DNA from: a virus
Lineage: Duplodnaviria > Heunggongvirae > Uroviricota > Caudoviricetes
DNA length: 57,517 nt
IMG/VR virus record: IMGVR_UViG_3300029305_001878
Span: 128,001 to 185,517 of that record
Reading direction: 5' to 3' (one strand)
Shown here: one piece after another, positions 37,959 through 48,676 of the stretch
Layout of the letters: every line of letters starts with the position of its first letter
How positions within the stretch are numbered: position 1 is the first letter of the stretch
Program-made: the position numbers and the translations under genes
The notes under the pieces: model-generated
What the model saw: the letters and a program-made list of their open reading frames with translations, nothing else
What the model was told of the DNA's origin: nothing
The model's database searches: none

Positions 37959-39827
37959 ATGGATGATAATATCTTTAATGTCTTAACTATAGACGGATTA
38001 TCTTATTTATGGACTACATACATAAAGCCTAATCTTAATAAAAAAGTAAATAAAGTTGAAGGTAAAGGATTATCTACTAATGACTTTACTAACGAATATA
38101 AAGAACAATTAATAAATGCTAATAATAAAGTAGAGAATATTAAAAATTCTGACTGGAATTAGAATGATGAAACTGAAATTGATTTTATTGAAAACAGACC
38201 TTTCTATAGTGATTATGTTGTAAAAAAAGATATTTTAACAAATTATACGGTTACTACTACTACTGCTATATTAACTGATGATGGTACTGAATATTATGCT
38301 GGTTCATTACCTCGTCCAGATGATGATTATGAAGATAATGATTTATATAAAGTAACTTTCAATGGAGTAGAATATTATTGTACAGCATATGTTCCAGAAG
38401 GTTCTGAAGGTTTCCAAGTAATCGGTAATGGAGATTTAAGTGGCGAAAATGGACGTCCTCATAATAATGAACCTTTCTATGTAACATTGTATGAACTCTA
38501 TACTGAAACCGCAGGAACTTTTACAATCTCTATTCAAGCAATTGAAGGAGAAGTAAAACAAATTGATAAAAAATACTTGCCTTATATGGTCGGCGCAACT
38601 GCTGATGATTATGGTATGGCAGGTATAGTCCCCGCACCTGAACCAGGCGACGAAAATAAACTTTTAAAAGGCGATGGTACTTGGTTTGAATTCCCTAATG
38701 AACTCGTTTCATTAGCACATAGAAGCCTTACAGTTCCTAATGGAAGTTGGAAATCTAATGTATTTGTTGCAAGTGGAAATGGATTAAGTATTATCACTGC
38801 AAAGAATGGAGAATATATTTATTCTTCTAATGGATATGAGTGGATAAAAAATACTATTGAAATAGAAAATTTTAACTCTTTAGAAAAAGCAATTTATTTT
38901 AAAGATAAATTTTTCTTATATATTAATTTATATGTCGACAGCGCATATACAGGTGTAATTCTTACTTCAACAGATTTTAATAATTGGGAACAAATTGATA
39001 ATCCAGATAGAACAGTCCCAGAAAAAATCGTAAATGGATATTTATATAGTAATAATAAATGGTCTGAAGATGGTTTCACTTGGGTAAGCGATGGAAATTC
39101 TTTTAATGACGTATGTTATGGTAATGGCTTATATGTTGCCGTACTTCGTACAGGAACTTCCGGTGGCACTGCGACAATTAAAACTTCTACTGATAGAATT
39201 ACTTGGTCTGATACCGGAGTAACTCTTGGTAACTACTCTTCCGGTTATGATTTAATAGAATATATTAATGGGAAATTTATTGCATTTGACAGTCTTTCAG
39301 AAACTGCTTATTCAACAGATGGAATTAACTGGACAGTAGTAAATAATACTTTTATTGGTATACCTTGCACTATTGCTTATAACGATAATATTATTTTAGT
39401 AATTAGAGATGGTAATGTAGATAACAGTACATTTGTTTTATATTATTCGCTAGATGGCGGTGTAACGTGGACAAGTAGTCGTTTTATACAAGACTATTTT
39501 TATCGTTATGCTTCTGGATATAATTTTGTTAAAACTGACAATGGTTTTATTTTAATCCAAAGTAATAAAATCTTTTATAGTGCAGATGGTATTTCTTGGA
39601 GTTTTGATGGACCTCTCGGTTTAGAATATCAAGATGGAACCATTATTACTGAACAAGTTAAAAATTTAATATCTCCCAATGAAATGGTTGGTGCGACTTC
39701 TTCTAATGAAGGCAGTGAAGGTTTAGTACCTGCGCCTGCCGCAGGCGATGAAGAAAAATACTTGCGCGGCGACGGCACTTGGGGAGAAATTAATTCTTGC
39801 GCGACTATTTTGAGAGTATGGGAGTGA
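37959..39827 (+). CDS. putative receptor-binding protein with BNR/Asp-box-like repeats (1 in-frame TAG)
   Basis: VEGKGLSTNDFT, SDWN*ND..FIENRP (TAG at 38160), repeated S.DG..W motifs. Confidence 0.8.
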
Positions 39828-39836
39828 TAATTTAAT

Positions 39837-40892
39837 ATGGCTTTATATTTAGGAAATACAAAAATAAATTCTTTATAGGCTGAATATACCATTAATTCTG
39901 GTGTAACTTCAGTTAATGGATAGACTGGCGCAGTTGTTATTGACGATATGACTGGTGCGACTGCTGAAGCATCTGGTGCTTCTGGTTTTGTTCCTGCTCC
40001 CGTTGCTGGTGATGAGGGTAAATATCTAAAGGGTGATGGCACTTGGGCTGAAGTCAGCACTGGCTTAACCAATTTAGTTGATGGCTCTGCCGAAGGTTCT
40101 GTGAGAGGAACTGGTACTCTTGAAGAAAATCAAGAGGATTATGAATATACTATTGGCGAATACGCTTTTGTTGAAGGGTATCTTACTAGAGCCACTGGAG
40201 ATTTTTCTCACGCTGAAGGTTTTGGGACAAAAGCCCTTGGTCAAGATTCTCATGCAGAAGGCAATAACACTGAAGCATCAAACTATAGTTCTCACGCAGA
40301 AGGCTATTACTCAAAAGCAACAGGACATACTAATCACGTTGAAGGATATCATACAATTGCAAGTGGTAAAGCAGGTACGCACGTACAAGGTATGTTAAAT
40401 GTAGAAGATACTGATAAAACTTATCTTCATATTGTTGGTAATGGTACCGAAGATTTCTATATGAATCAAGTACGTTCTAACGCACACACTATTGACTGGG
40501 ATGGTAATGCTTGGTTCGCAGGAGATGTATATGTCGGTTCTACTTCTGGAACTAATAAAGACGAAGGAAGTAAGAAACTTGCTACTGAAGAATGGGTAAG
40601 TGAAAATGCTGGTGGCGGCGCTACTGGCATAACCGCTACTCTCTCTGCTTCTGGTTGGACTGAACAATCCGATGGCTCTTATGCACAGACTGTATCAGTT
40701 GCTGGTGTAACCGAAGATAATCAAGTTGTAGTAGACGTTGCATTGTCTGGCAGTGATATGGACGCAGATATTGAAGTGTTGAAAGCTTGGGGCTATGTTA
40801 ATAGAGCAAGTCAAGCAGTTGATAGTCTAACATTCTATTGTTATGGCGATGTGCCTACTGTATCTATCCCATTGAATGTGGTGGTGATGTGA
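39837..40892 (+). CDS. tail-fibre protein with YadA-head-like SHAEG repeats (2 in-frame TAG)
   Basis: VTSVNG*TG; TAGs at 39876 and 39921; SHAEG repeats; AHTIDWDGNAWFAGDVYVG. Confidence 0.8.
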
Positions 40893-40893
40893 T

Positions 40894-42171
40894 ATGGCAG
40901 TTGTGATTAGCAAGCAGATTATAGTTCCTATAGCTGGTAGAATGGCAGTATCCGATATTGAAGTTGGGAGTAGTGTATTTTTAAATGTTGGCGGTGTAAA
41001 GACTGAATTTCTTGTAATTCATCAAGGTCTGCCGTCCAGTATTTACGATTCTTCTTGTGATGGAACATGGTTGCTAATGAAGGATACCGTACCAGATAGC
41101 AATATGGTTTGGTATGACCCTGAATATGTAACCGAACGTGCAATATATCATACTTCAGAAGTTCACAACTATCTTACTAACACCTTCCCTTCGTTAATTG
41201 ATACTGCTATTATAAGCAAGATTAAAACGGTTAAAATACCTTATGTTCCAGAAGCATCGGTCTCGTCAGGTTCGAATGGATTATCTACTAAATTTTTTGA
41301 ATTATCTACTGCCGAATTGGGCTGGACAGCTAAAAGTACTTATTATACTTCTTATAATGATGGTGCTTGCTTACAATATTTTGAGGGTGCTGCGTCAACC
41401 GACAGCAGACGAATAGCGTATGATTCAACTGGAACCGCAACTTATTATTGGACACGTTCTCCCGAAGATGATTATAGCGAAGGTGTCATGGGTTGCGCAT
41501 ATCGAGTAACAAAAACTGGTTACTATTCTACCCTTGATATGAACCAGTATAGTAATCTTCGTCCTGCGTTTGTTTTAGATAGTAGTGCAGAGATTGACAC
41601 AAGAACTTTCGAGATTGTTGGACAAAGTGATAATATTAACTATATTGAGTCTACAGGAACACAGTACATTAATACTGGCATTACACCAAATCAAGATACA
41701 CGATTTGTAATTGACTTCGAAACACTTGAAGTAAATGGAGAAACGCACATTGCTTCTGTGAGACATAATGCAAGTACTCCTGTGTTTACTTTGTTCTTTG
41801 GTAATAGTGGTACTTATGGAACTAGATATGGCACATCGAGTACCGCATATGTTCCTGATTTATCTGGTGTAGGAAGACATGTATTTGATAGAAACAAAAA
41901 TGTTCTTACAGTTGACGGTAATAAAACAGTTTCTGCAAATTATGAGACGTTTGACCCTTATTATACTCTCACAATTTTTGCTAGAAATGATGGAACTTCT
42001 ATTAACGGTCACATAAAAGGCCGTTTGTACTCATGCCAAATCTATGACAATGATGTTCTAGTTCGTGACTTTGTTCCTAGTTATGGCACAAATGGAAAAG
42101 CTTGTCTGTATGACAAAGTAACTAAACAATATTTCTATAACGCTGGCACTGGCGAGTTTATTGTGGGGTGA
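40894..42171 (+). CDS. DUF6273-like plus ConA/laminin-G-like putative receptor-binding protein
   Basis: GTWLLMKD...YYWTRSP...LRPAF, then YIESTGTQYINTG...RDFVP. Confidence 0.75.
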   Translation: MAVVISKQIIVPIAGRMAVSDIEVGSSVFLNVGGVKTEFLVIHQGLPSSIYDSSCDGTWLLMKDTVPDSNMVWYDPEYVTERAIYHTSEVHNYLTNTFPSLIDTAIISKIKTVKIPYVPEASVSSGSNGLSTKFFELSTAELGWTAKSTYYTSYNDGACLQYFEGAASTDSRRIAYDSTGTATYYWTRSPEDDYSEGVMGCAYRVTKTGYYSTLDMNQYSNLRPAFVLDSSAEIDTRTFEIVGQSDNINYIESTGTQYINTGITPNQDTRFVIDFETLEVNGETHIASVRHNASTPVFTLFFGNSGTYGTRYGTSSTAYVPDLSGVGRHVFDRNKNVLTVDGNKTVSANYETFDPYYTLTIFARNDGTSINGHIKGRLYSCQIYDNDVLVRDFVPSYGTNGKACLYDKVTKQYFYNAGTGEFIVG

Positions 42172-42175
42172 GTGT

Positions 42176-42754
42176 ATGGCAGTATTATTAACAGGAAGAA
42201 ATCCTATTAAAACTTATGAAACAATCATTGTCACCGCAACTGAAACTGTAACCGCACATCCTGTCTCTTACGATTCTTCTGAATATTCCTATGATTCCAT
42301 TAGCAATGAATCAAATCCAATAGGTAAGGGTTCAGATAATACAACTTACGCAACTATTAATTTAAAAACTGGTGGTAGTGCCGAAACATACGTATATTAT
42401 AACTTTGACCTTTCTTCAATTCCTAGTAACGCTACAATTGACTCTGTTACATGTGTTGCCAAAGGTTATATTTCCAATGCATCGTCGACGTACATACCCA
42501 CTAGAACGATTCAGCTATATTCTGGTAGCATAGCGAAAGGTGGCTCTGCTACTTTGACTACAACTGCTACTACTCATACATTCGATGGTGGCGCATGGAC
42601 AAGAGAAGAGCTGAACGATTGCAGAATAAAACTATATGCCAAAAGAGGCTCGTTTATGGGTACATCTACAGCCAGAAATATGCAGTTTTATGGAGCAGAT
42701 TTAACTATTACATATACCTATGACTACGAAGAAGAAAAGGTGGAGTATATATGA
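42176..42754 (+). CDS. hypothetical virion-associated protein
   Basis: T/S-rich ORF in the tail operon. Confidence 0.75.
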   Translation: MAVLLTGRNPIKTYETIIVTATETVTAHPVSYDSSEYSYDSISNESNPIGKGSDNTTYATINLKTGGSAETYVYYNFDLSSIPSNATIDSVTCVAKGYISNASSTYIPTRTIQLYSGSIAKGGSATLTTTATTHTFDGGAWTREELNDCRIKLYAKRGSFMGTSTARNMQFYGADLTITYTYDYEEEKVEYI

Positions 42755-43032
42755 GCGTATTATTTACTAGAAGAGGGACACCACCTACAATTGTACGAAT
42801 AATCTCATTTAATCTTGAGACGTACAGTTCTTATGAATGTCAAGCTGAAGAAGGTATGACTTGGGGAGAGTGGATTGATAGCAATTATAATACCATTGAT
42901 GTTTATCTTAATGACGATGGGCAAGTTATGCATCAAACACATTATTATATAACAAATGAATCCGATACAAGTACCGTTCTAACGGCAAATGACATAATAG
43001 AAGAAGATGCTTCATATGTTGGTATGGCATAA
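42751..43032 (+). CDS. hypothetical protein
   Basis: ATGA-coupled; AEEGMTWGEWIDS.YN motif. Confidence 0.75.
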   Translation: MSVLFTRRGTPPTIVRIISFNLETYSSYECQAEEGMTWGEWIDSNYNTIDVYLNDDGQVMHQTHYYITNESDTSTVLTANDIIEEDASYVGMA

Positions 43033-43047
43033 TAAGGAGGATATTCA

Positions 43048-43482
43048 ATGTATCTATTAATTAATGATAATAAATATACGGTATCCAGACGTATTAAAGA
43101 AAAAGATACTCTCAAGTTTTTATCTGTGTCTCCTAATCCAGAAAATATAACTGGAAATATTGAAATGTATCGTGATGATGGTTTTTTACTGTCAACAGAC
43201 AATATAGATGATTATAAGAAAGTATCTTATACTGGAACACTATTAAAACTTACTAATGTAACTGAAGACAATAAAGTGAAGCCTACAATTACTCAAATTT
43301 TAGGCAACCGAATTGGCGCATTAGAAATTGAAAAGGCTGTAATGGCAGAACGTCTTGCGGAAACAGATGAAATCGCAATTGAATTATATGAAGCAGGTCT
43401 TGCTCAAGAGGCTATTAATGCAGAGCAAGATGAAGCAATTATTGAAATTTATGAAACTATGGAGGCATTAACAAATGGCTAA
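43048..43482 (+). CDS. hypothetical protein, possible fibre-assembly chaperone
   Basis: AAGGAGG RBS; acidic coiled-coil-like C-terminus. Confidence 0.75.
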   Translation: MYLLINDNKYTVSRRIKEKDTLKFLSVSPNPENITGNIEMYRDDGFLLSTDNIDDYKKVSYTGTLLKLTNVTEDNKVKPTITQILGNRIGALEIEKAVMAERLAETDEIAIELYEAGLAQEAINAEQDEAIIEIYETMEALTNG

Positions 43483-43645
43483 AATATATTGGAGACGCAT
43501 TAAGGCTGGCACTCGATTTTTTGCCAATGTGCCAAAAGAAGAATTGAAAAATGAAATTCGAGAACTTGCCAAAGATGAAGTTCTAAATGGCATCATTAGT
43601 ATTAATGAATATGAGGAACTTATTGGAGAATCTTATGCTATTTAA
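43475..43645 (+). CDS. small protein, XkdX/CD1375-like (56 aa)
   Basis: MAKIYWRRIKAGT...VP...NEYEELIGESY, typical of small genes after tail-fibre genes. Confidence 0.6.
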   Translation: MAKIYWRRIKAGTRFFANVPKEELKNEIRELAKDEVLNGIISINEYEELIGESYAI

Positions 43646-43666
43646 TATAGAAGGGAAAGATGAAAA

Positions 43667-44464
43667 TTGGCAACAACAGATACTTTACTTTCTCAATTAA
43701 TCATTAATAAAATGCCAAGGGCTACTTATGATGAATTAAAAGCTAATGGACAAATTAATGACAACGAATTATATTTCATCACAGATACAAGTGATGAAAC
43801 TCAACCTCAAAGAATTACTTTAGTGGCAAGTGCGGGACAGACTGCCTTCACTATTCCATTTAATTATGATTCTAATTCAAGCAATTTAACAGTTTACTTT
43901 AACGGACTATTAATGAAGGAAACTGATAACTATACAGTCGATACCACAACTAATACAGTTAATTTAGTAGATTTCGCTGCTGAAGAAGGCGATATAATTA
44001 CTATAATGGGTATTTTAGGCGCTTTAAGTATTGACTTCGACCAAGAGGCAATAGAAGCAATTAATAGTATTAATCAAGCAACCGCAAACGCAGAAACTAC
44101 TATTAATAATAAAGTAAGTGCGGCAAATGCGGCGATTGATGAAAAAATCGAAGAGGTTAATAACATTATTAATGAGTTACCCAGTGATGTAACAACTTTA
44201 ATGTCTAAAAATGCTACAAATACTATGACCTCAACTGGTAAAATAACTATGGCAAGTAGTTACACACCTTCTAGTAATTATGATGTAGTTACTAAAGGTT
44301 ATGTAGATAACGCGGTCGGCAATATAATTACACAAGCCTATTCATATGGAACAAGCGCTCCAAGTGACACAAGACTATTATGGATTGATACCTCAACCGG
44401 CAACGGCATCTTGAAGTATCATAATGGTAGTGCTTGGACTGCTATCAGCGCAATCTGGAGTTAA
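43667..44464 (+). CDS. putative tail protein
   Basis: ASAGQTAFTIP...LTVYFNGLL; C-terminal APSDTRLLWIDT..NGILKY.NGSAWTAISAIW. Confidence 0.75.
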   Translation: MATTDTLLSQLIINKMPRATYDELKANGQINDNELYFITDTSDETQPQRITLVASAGQTAFTIPFNYDSNSSNLTVYFNGLLMKETDNYTVDTTTNTVNLVDFAAEEGDIITIMGILGALSIDFDQEAIEAINSINQATANAETTINNKVSAANAAIDEKIEEVNNIINELPSDVTTLMSKNATNTMTSTGKITMASSYTPSSNYDVVTKGYVDNAVGNIITQAYSYGTSAPSDTRLLWIDTSTGNGILKYHNGSAWTAISAIWS

Positions 44465-44478
44465 GGAGGTAATTTATA

Positions 44479-45267
44479 ATGGCAAGACCTAAATTATTAG
44501 ATAAAATATATGGATTAACTCCTGATGTTATTGGGGCGGCAAGTAATCCAAACTTATTAGATAACTGGTATTTTGTGAGACCTATAAACCAAAAAGGTCA
44601 AACAACTTACTTAGGAACCTCGGGGTATACTTTTGATAGATGGCATTTTGGTACTACAACTAAAGTAGAATTATTGGAAAATGGAATTAAATTTACAAAT
44701 ACTTATGCAGATGGGGCTAGTTATGGCAGACAATATTTGAACCCCCCTTTACGAGCAGGAACTTATACTTTATCAGTATTAGCAAGCGAAGTTATAGGAA
44801 ATGCTCGTTTTTATTTTAGTGATAATGAAGGTAATACTGTTAATAGTTCCAGTTTATATGTAAAAGCAGGGTTAACAAGTATTACAAAAACTTTTACAGA
44901 AAATCAAATATATCGTATTTAGATGGCATTGCCAATTAATAGTTATATGACTATTCAAGCAATTAAATTAGAATTTGGCGACACTCAAACTCTCGCTCAT
45001 CAAGATGAATTAGGAAACTGGGTATTAAATGAAATTCCAAATTATGCAGAACAAATGGCCATTTGTGAACAATATGATTTTAATACAGGTGTATATATAG
45101 GATTTATTGATGCATTACCATTAACGGGAGGTTCTATGTCAGGCTCCGTCCAAGCATCTGCTTCCTCTTTAACAACTGGCCAAGTTAGAAATATCTATTG
45201 TTCAACTGCCGAACCCACTGCTTCGGATGGAAGTGTCGGTGATATCTGGGTAGTGTATGAGGAGTGA
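44479..45267 (+). CDS. putative tail protein (1 in-frame TAG)
   Basis: ORF-track pieces 44479 and 44923 are separated only by TAG at 44920; NPNLLDNWYF and IKLEFGDTQTLAHQD motifs. Confidence 0.8.
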
Positions 45268-45272
45268 TTTAA

Positions 45273-47336
45273 TTGGCAAGTTATACATTAACTAATTTAA
45301 TTTCCAATGGTAACTTTTCCTCTAGTTCAACCTCTGGATGGGGTGGTGATAATGGTTCAGTCGCAAGAACAACTTATTTAGGTAAAACTTGTTTATAGGT
45401 AACCGCTAGTAGACAATATGGTGGTGCTGCCTATTCATTTACTGGAGTTGCTAATAATGTATATTATTTTTCTGCTTTAATGGCTAAAAGTAATAATAAT
45501 TTAGCAGGAGTTTCTATCGAATATCGGTCAAGTCCTTGGAGTTCTTATGGTAGATATGAAACCACAAAGAATTTAGACTCTTGGACTAAAATTAGTTTTA
45601 CTTGTCCAATAGCAAGTAAAACTGGTGTTGGAGTAAAAATTGATACAACTAGAGCAGCAGCCGTATCTTCTACAATATATCTTACTGATTTTATATTAAT
45701 TAATTTGACTAAACACTTTGGCGCGGGTAATGAACCCTCCTCTGCTTGGTGTGATAAAAATATATCTTATTTTAGTAGTACAACTACAGTATCAGCAGAT
45801 ACCTTTGAAATAAGTCCTGATACTTTACAAGATGGAGATATTCTTGAATTTTATACTACAAATAAAGCAGAAACTATTCACCTTCCAAAAGGAATATATA
45901 AATTTGAATGCTATGGAGCCAAAGGTGGTTGTAACAGAAATGATTCTAGTGCATATGGTGTTGGTGGCTCTGGCGGATATTCAGTTGGTACTGTTAAATT
46001 AAAAGATAAACTTACTCAACTTTTTATTTATCCTGGTGGCGCTGGATACGAGGCTGATAGTTCTACTGCTACTTGCGGAGGTTTTAATGGCGGTGGTACT
46101 GCTAAATATTCTGCTGGCAGCGGTGGCGGTGCTTCAGATATTCGTATAGGCACTGACTCTTTATATGCGAGAGTAATCGTCGCAGGTGGCGGTGGTGGCG
46201 CGCAAGGACGTGGCTCTACTTCCTATAAAGCAAGTGGCGGCGCAGGTGGCGGTTTATCAGGCCAATATGGTGGATATTATGGTACACTTGTTGAAGATAC
46301 AACTAATGGTGGTCCTGGTGGCACTCAAACCGCAGGTGGTGGTGTCGTGAGTTCCACATATGGAAACACTGCTGGTAGTTTTGGTATTGGTGGTAATGGC
46401 GGCTATAGAAGTTCGACATATGGAGGCACTGGTGCTGGTGGCGGCGGCTGGTATGGCGGCGGCACTGGTTATAACTACTATTCTGGTGGTGGCGGTGGCT
46501 CTGGTTATGTTTATACAAGCGAAACCGCTTCTAATTATCCATCTGGATGTTTATTAAATAGTAATTATTATTTAACTGACGCGCAAACTGTAGCAGGCAC
46601 TTCCTCTTTCCCCATTCGTGATGGATTCGAAGCAGTTGGCAATGAAGCGCAAGGTTTAGTCAGAATTACTGTTATTAAACTATCTAAAGTTCCTATCCGA
46701 GTAAAAACCACTTCAAATACTTGGAAAGAAGCAGTAAGTGCTTGGGTCAAAGTTAATTCAACCACTTGGAAAGAACTCGCAAGTCTCAAGACAATTAGAG
46801 TTCCTAATGGATATACCGCTTTAGAATATATTGAAAGTTCAGGTACTCAATATATTAATACTGGATTTAAAGCAACTAATAATACTAAAATGATTTTAGA
46901 TGCTGAACTTACTTATGGCTCAAGTTGGATTATGATTGCTGGTTCTTATGATTCTGGCGCTTATTATTCTTGGTGGGCAAAAGCATCTCAATTATATAGT
47001 TATTATGCAAGTTCTAATCAAAATATGGCAGGTCCAACCCAACGAACAAAATTAATTGCAGATAAAAATAATTGGAGTTATGATGCTAATACTTTATCAT
47101 TAACAAATACTTCATTTACTGCAACTAATCCAATATATTTATTTAGTGTAAGTAATGGTGGTAGTTATGCAAATGCTTCTATGAAACTATATTCTTGTCA
47201 AATTTATGATAATGGAACTTTAGTTCGTGAATTTTAGCCTTGCATAAATCCAGATGGAGTAATAGGTTTATATGACATTATAAATAATGTATTTTATAGT
47301 AACGCGGGAACAGGTACTTTTGGAACTCCTTCCTAA
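45273..47336 (+). CDS. glycine-rich-domain plus ConA-like putative receptor-binding protein (2 in-frame TAG)
   Basis: TTG start after GAGG; TAGs at 45396 and 47235; GGGGASDIR..VIVAGGGGG; YIESSGTQYINTG. Confidence 0.8.
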
Positions 47337-47419
47337 AATTTGATTTTTTTAAAAAAAAATGATATAATATATTTACAAAGTTAAGGGATAGAAAATCTTT
47401 TATCCCTTAACTTAAATAT

Positions 47420-47504
47420 GCCGGTGTCCCATAGTGGTCGATTGGAGCGGTCTTGTAAGCCGTCGGCTATACCCACGTCAGTTCGAATCTGACCACCGGC
47501 TCCA
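47420..47504 (+). tRNA. trnT: tRNA-Thr(UGU) with an extended variable region
   Basis: GCCGGTG/CACCGGC acceptor stem, CTTGTAA loop, 13-nt variable region, TCCA end. Confidence 0.8.
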
Positions 47505-47538
47505 TTCAAAAAATAAAATGAGAAAAAGGTGTTATATT

Positions 47539-47892
47539 ATGAAGTATTCTCTGGATAAGTATAAGTATTTTATTGCAAAGAAGACTGATGGTACTCCCTA
47601 TCAAGTAATTGCGGTTTCCACTTATGCGGGTAAGACAGTGCGCGGTGTCGCTAAACTGACTCCGGGTGACGCGTTTGACGAAGCAAAGGGTCGAGAACTT
47701 GCGGCCGCACGTTGTAATGAAAAGATTGCGCGCAAGCGTCTGGCTCGAGCAACGAAGAAGATGGCAGAAGCCAAGGCTTCCTATGAAAAGGAAAAGGCTT
47801 GGTATGATCGTATGATTAATTATTGTAATGACTCTATTCAGGCTGCTAATACTGCTCGTGAAAATGTAAGAGAACTTGAAAATAATATGTAA
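47539..47892 (+). CDS. hypothetical phage protein
   Basis: VIAVSTYAGKTVRGVAK..PGDAFDEAKGRELAAARC; start trimmed to exclude the tRNA. Confidence 0.8.
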   Translation: MKYSLDKYKYFIAKKTDGTPYQVIAVSTYAGKTVRGVAKLTPGDAFDEAKGRELAAARCNEKIARKRLARATKKMAEAKASYEKEKAWYDRMINYCNDSIQAANTARENVRELENNM

Positions 47893-47913
47893 GCGCTAAC
47901 GCGCTTACTATAT

Positions 47914-48003
47914 GGAGGAATGGCCGAGTGGACGAAGGCGATTGTCTTGAAAACAATAGGCGGGTGAAACCGCCCGTGGGTTCGAATCCTACTTCCTCCG
48001 CCA
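47914..48003 (+). tRNA. trnS: tRNA-Ser(UGA)
   Basis: GGAGGAA/TTCCTCC acceptor stem, CTTGAAA loop, long variable arm, GCCA. Confidence 0.9.
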
Positions 48004-48025
48004 TATTCATTAAGGAGGTATTCTT

Positions 48026-48319
48026 ATGCGTTCATCTGCTTATAAGCGACAAATGACTTGGAGAAAAGCAAAGAGAAAGGCTAATCTTGAAAAAGCCATT
48101 AATCCTAATGGTAAACCTATTTATGATAATCTCCATCAATATAGTAAGAATTCAATCCATTGTTCTTGTCCTGCTTGTCAGGAAAAAACACGAAATAAGG
48201 GAGACCGCCGAGTAAAATCTGGTAATTATAATCCTGCTAAAAACTATAAACACGCTGAATATAAGCGTATCGTTGGTATGGATTATGATGAATTTGAGAT
48301 TTATATTGAAGAATCTTAA
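48026..48319 (+). CDS. small basic protein with an HCSCxxC motif
   Basis: AAGGAGG RBS; K/R-rich; SIHCSCPACQ. Confidence 0.75.
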   Translation: MRSSAYKRQMTWRKAKRKANLEKAINPNGKPIYDNLHQYSKNSIHCSCPACQEKTRNKGDRRVKSGNYNPAKNYKHAEYKRIVGMDYDEFEIYIEES

Positions 48320-48369
48320 ATTGATTTTTTAAAAAAAATATGATATAATATATTTACAAAGTTAAGAAA

Positions 48370-48421
48370 AAGACATAAAACAGCAATGATATACTTGCGA
48401 AAAGGTAAATAATGTGTCTTG
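48370..48421 (+). ncRNA. ACAGCAA-stem element copy 8
   Basis: AAGACAT-AAAACAGCAA...GTGTCTTG directly after a promoter. Confidence 0.65.
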
Positions 48422-48450
48422 TAAGTTTTTACTTTATAAAACTTACATAT

Positions 48451-48525
48451 TGGGGAGTAGCATAGCGGCAAATGCTCTAGTCTCTAAAACTAGCGAAGTG
48501 GGGTCGGCACCCACCTCCCCCGCCA
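48451..48525 (+). tRNA. amber suppressor tRNA (CUA), Gln-like body
   Basis: CTAGT/ACTAG stem with CTCTAAA loop; begins TGGGG like tRNA-Gln; G73; CCA; atypical T loop GTCGGCA. Confidence 0.85.
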
Positions 48526-48564
48526 GTTCATATTTTATGAACCTCCTGTTTTTCTATTAATAAA

Positions 48565-48665
48565 AAGACTCTAACAGCAAATATTGGTTTATTTTTATAA
48601 ATAATAAAAAAGAAGATAATAAAAAAGATGCATTGAGGATTTTTTATTTTACCAATAGAGTCTTG
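48565..48665 (+). ncRNA. ACAGCAA-stem element copy 9
   Basis: AAGACTCT-AACAGCAA-ATATTGGT...ACCAATA-GAGTCTTG. Confidence 0.65.
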
Positions 48666-48676
48666 TAATTAAATAT

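Noticed and set aside
34047-47336. Complete diversity-generating retroelement
   Set aside because: No reverse transcriptase or adenine-variant template repeat is seen in the window.
48451-48525. Pyrrolysine or selenocysteine recoding
   Set aside because: The tRNA body is Gln-like, no pyl/sel genes are visible, and motif alignments point to Gln at TAG.
48526-48560. Theta (HDV-like) ribozyme after the suppressor tRNA
   Set aside because: Only a simple GTTCATA/TATGAAC hairpin is present; I could not build the nested double pseudoknot, and the tRNA already encodes CCA.
10646-48665. CRISPR array interpretation of the repeated AAGAC...ACAGCAA motif or the promoter repeats
   Set aside because: Copies are dispersed, variable and not separated by uniform spacers; no cas genes are visible.
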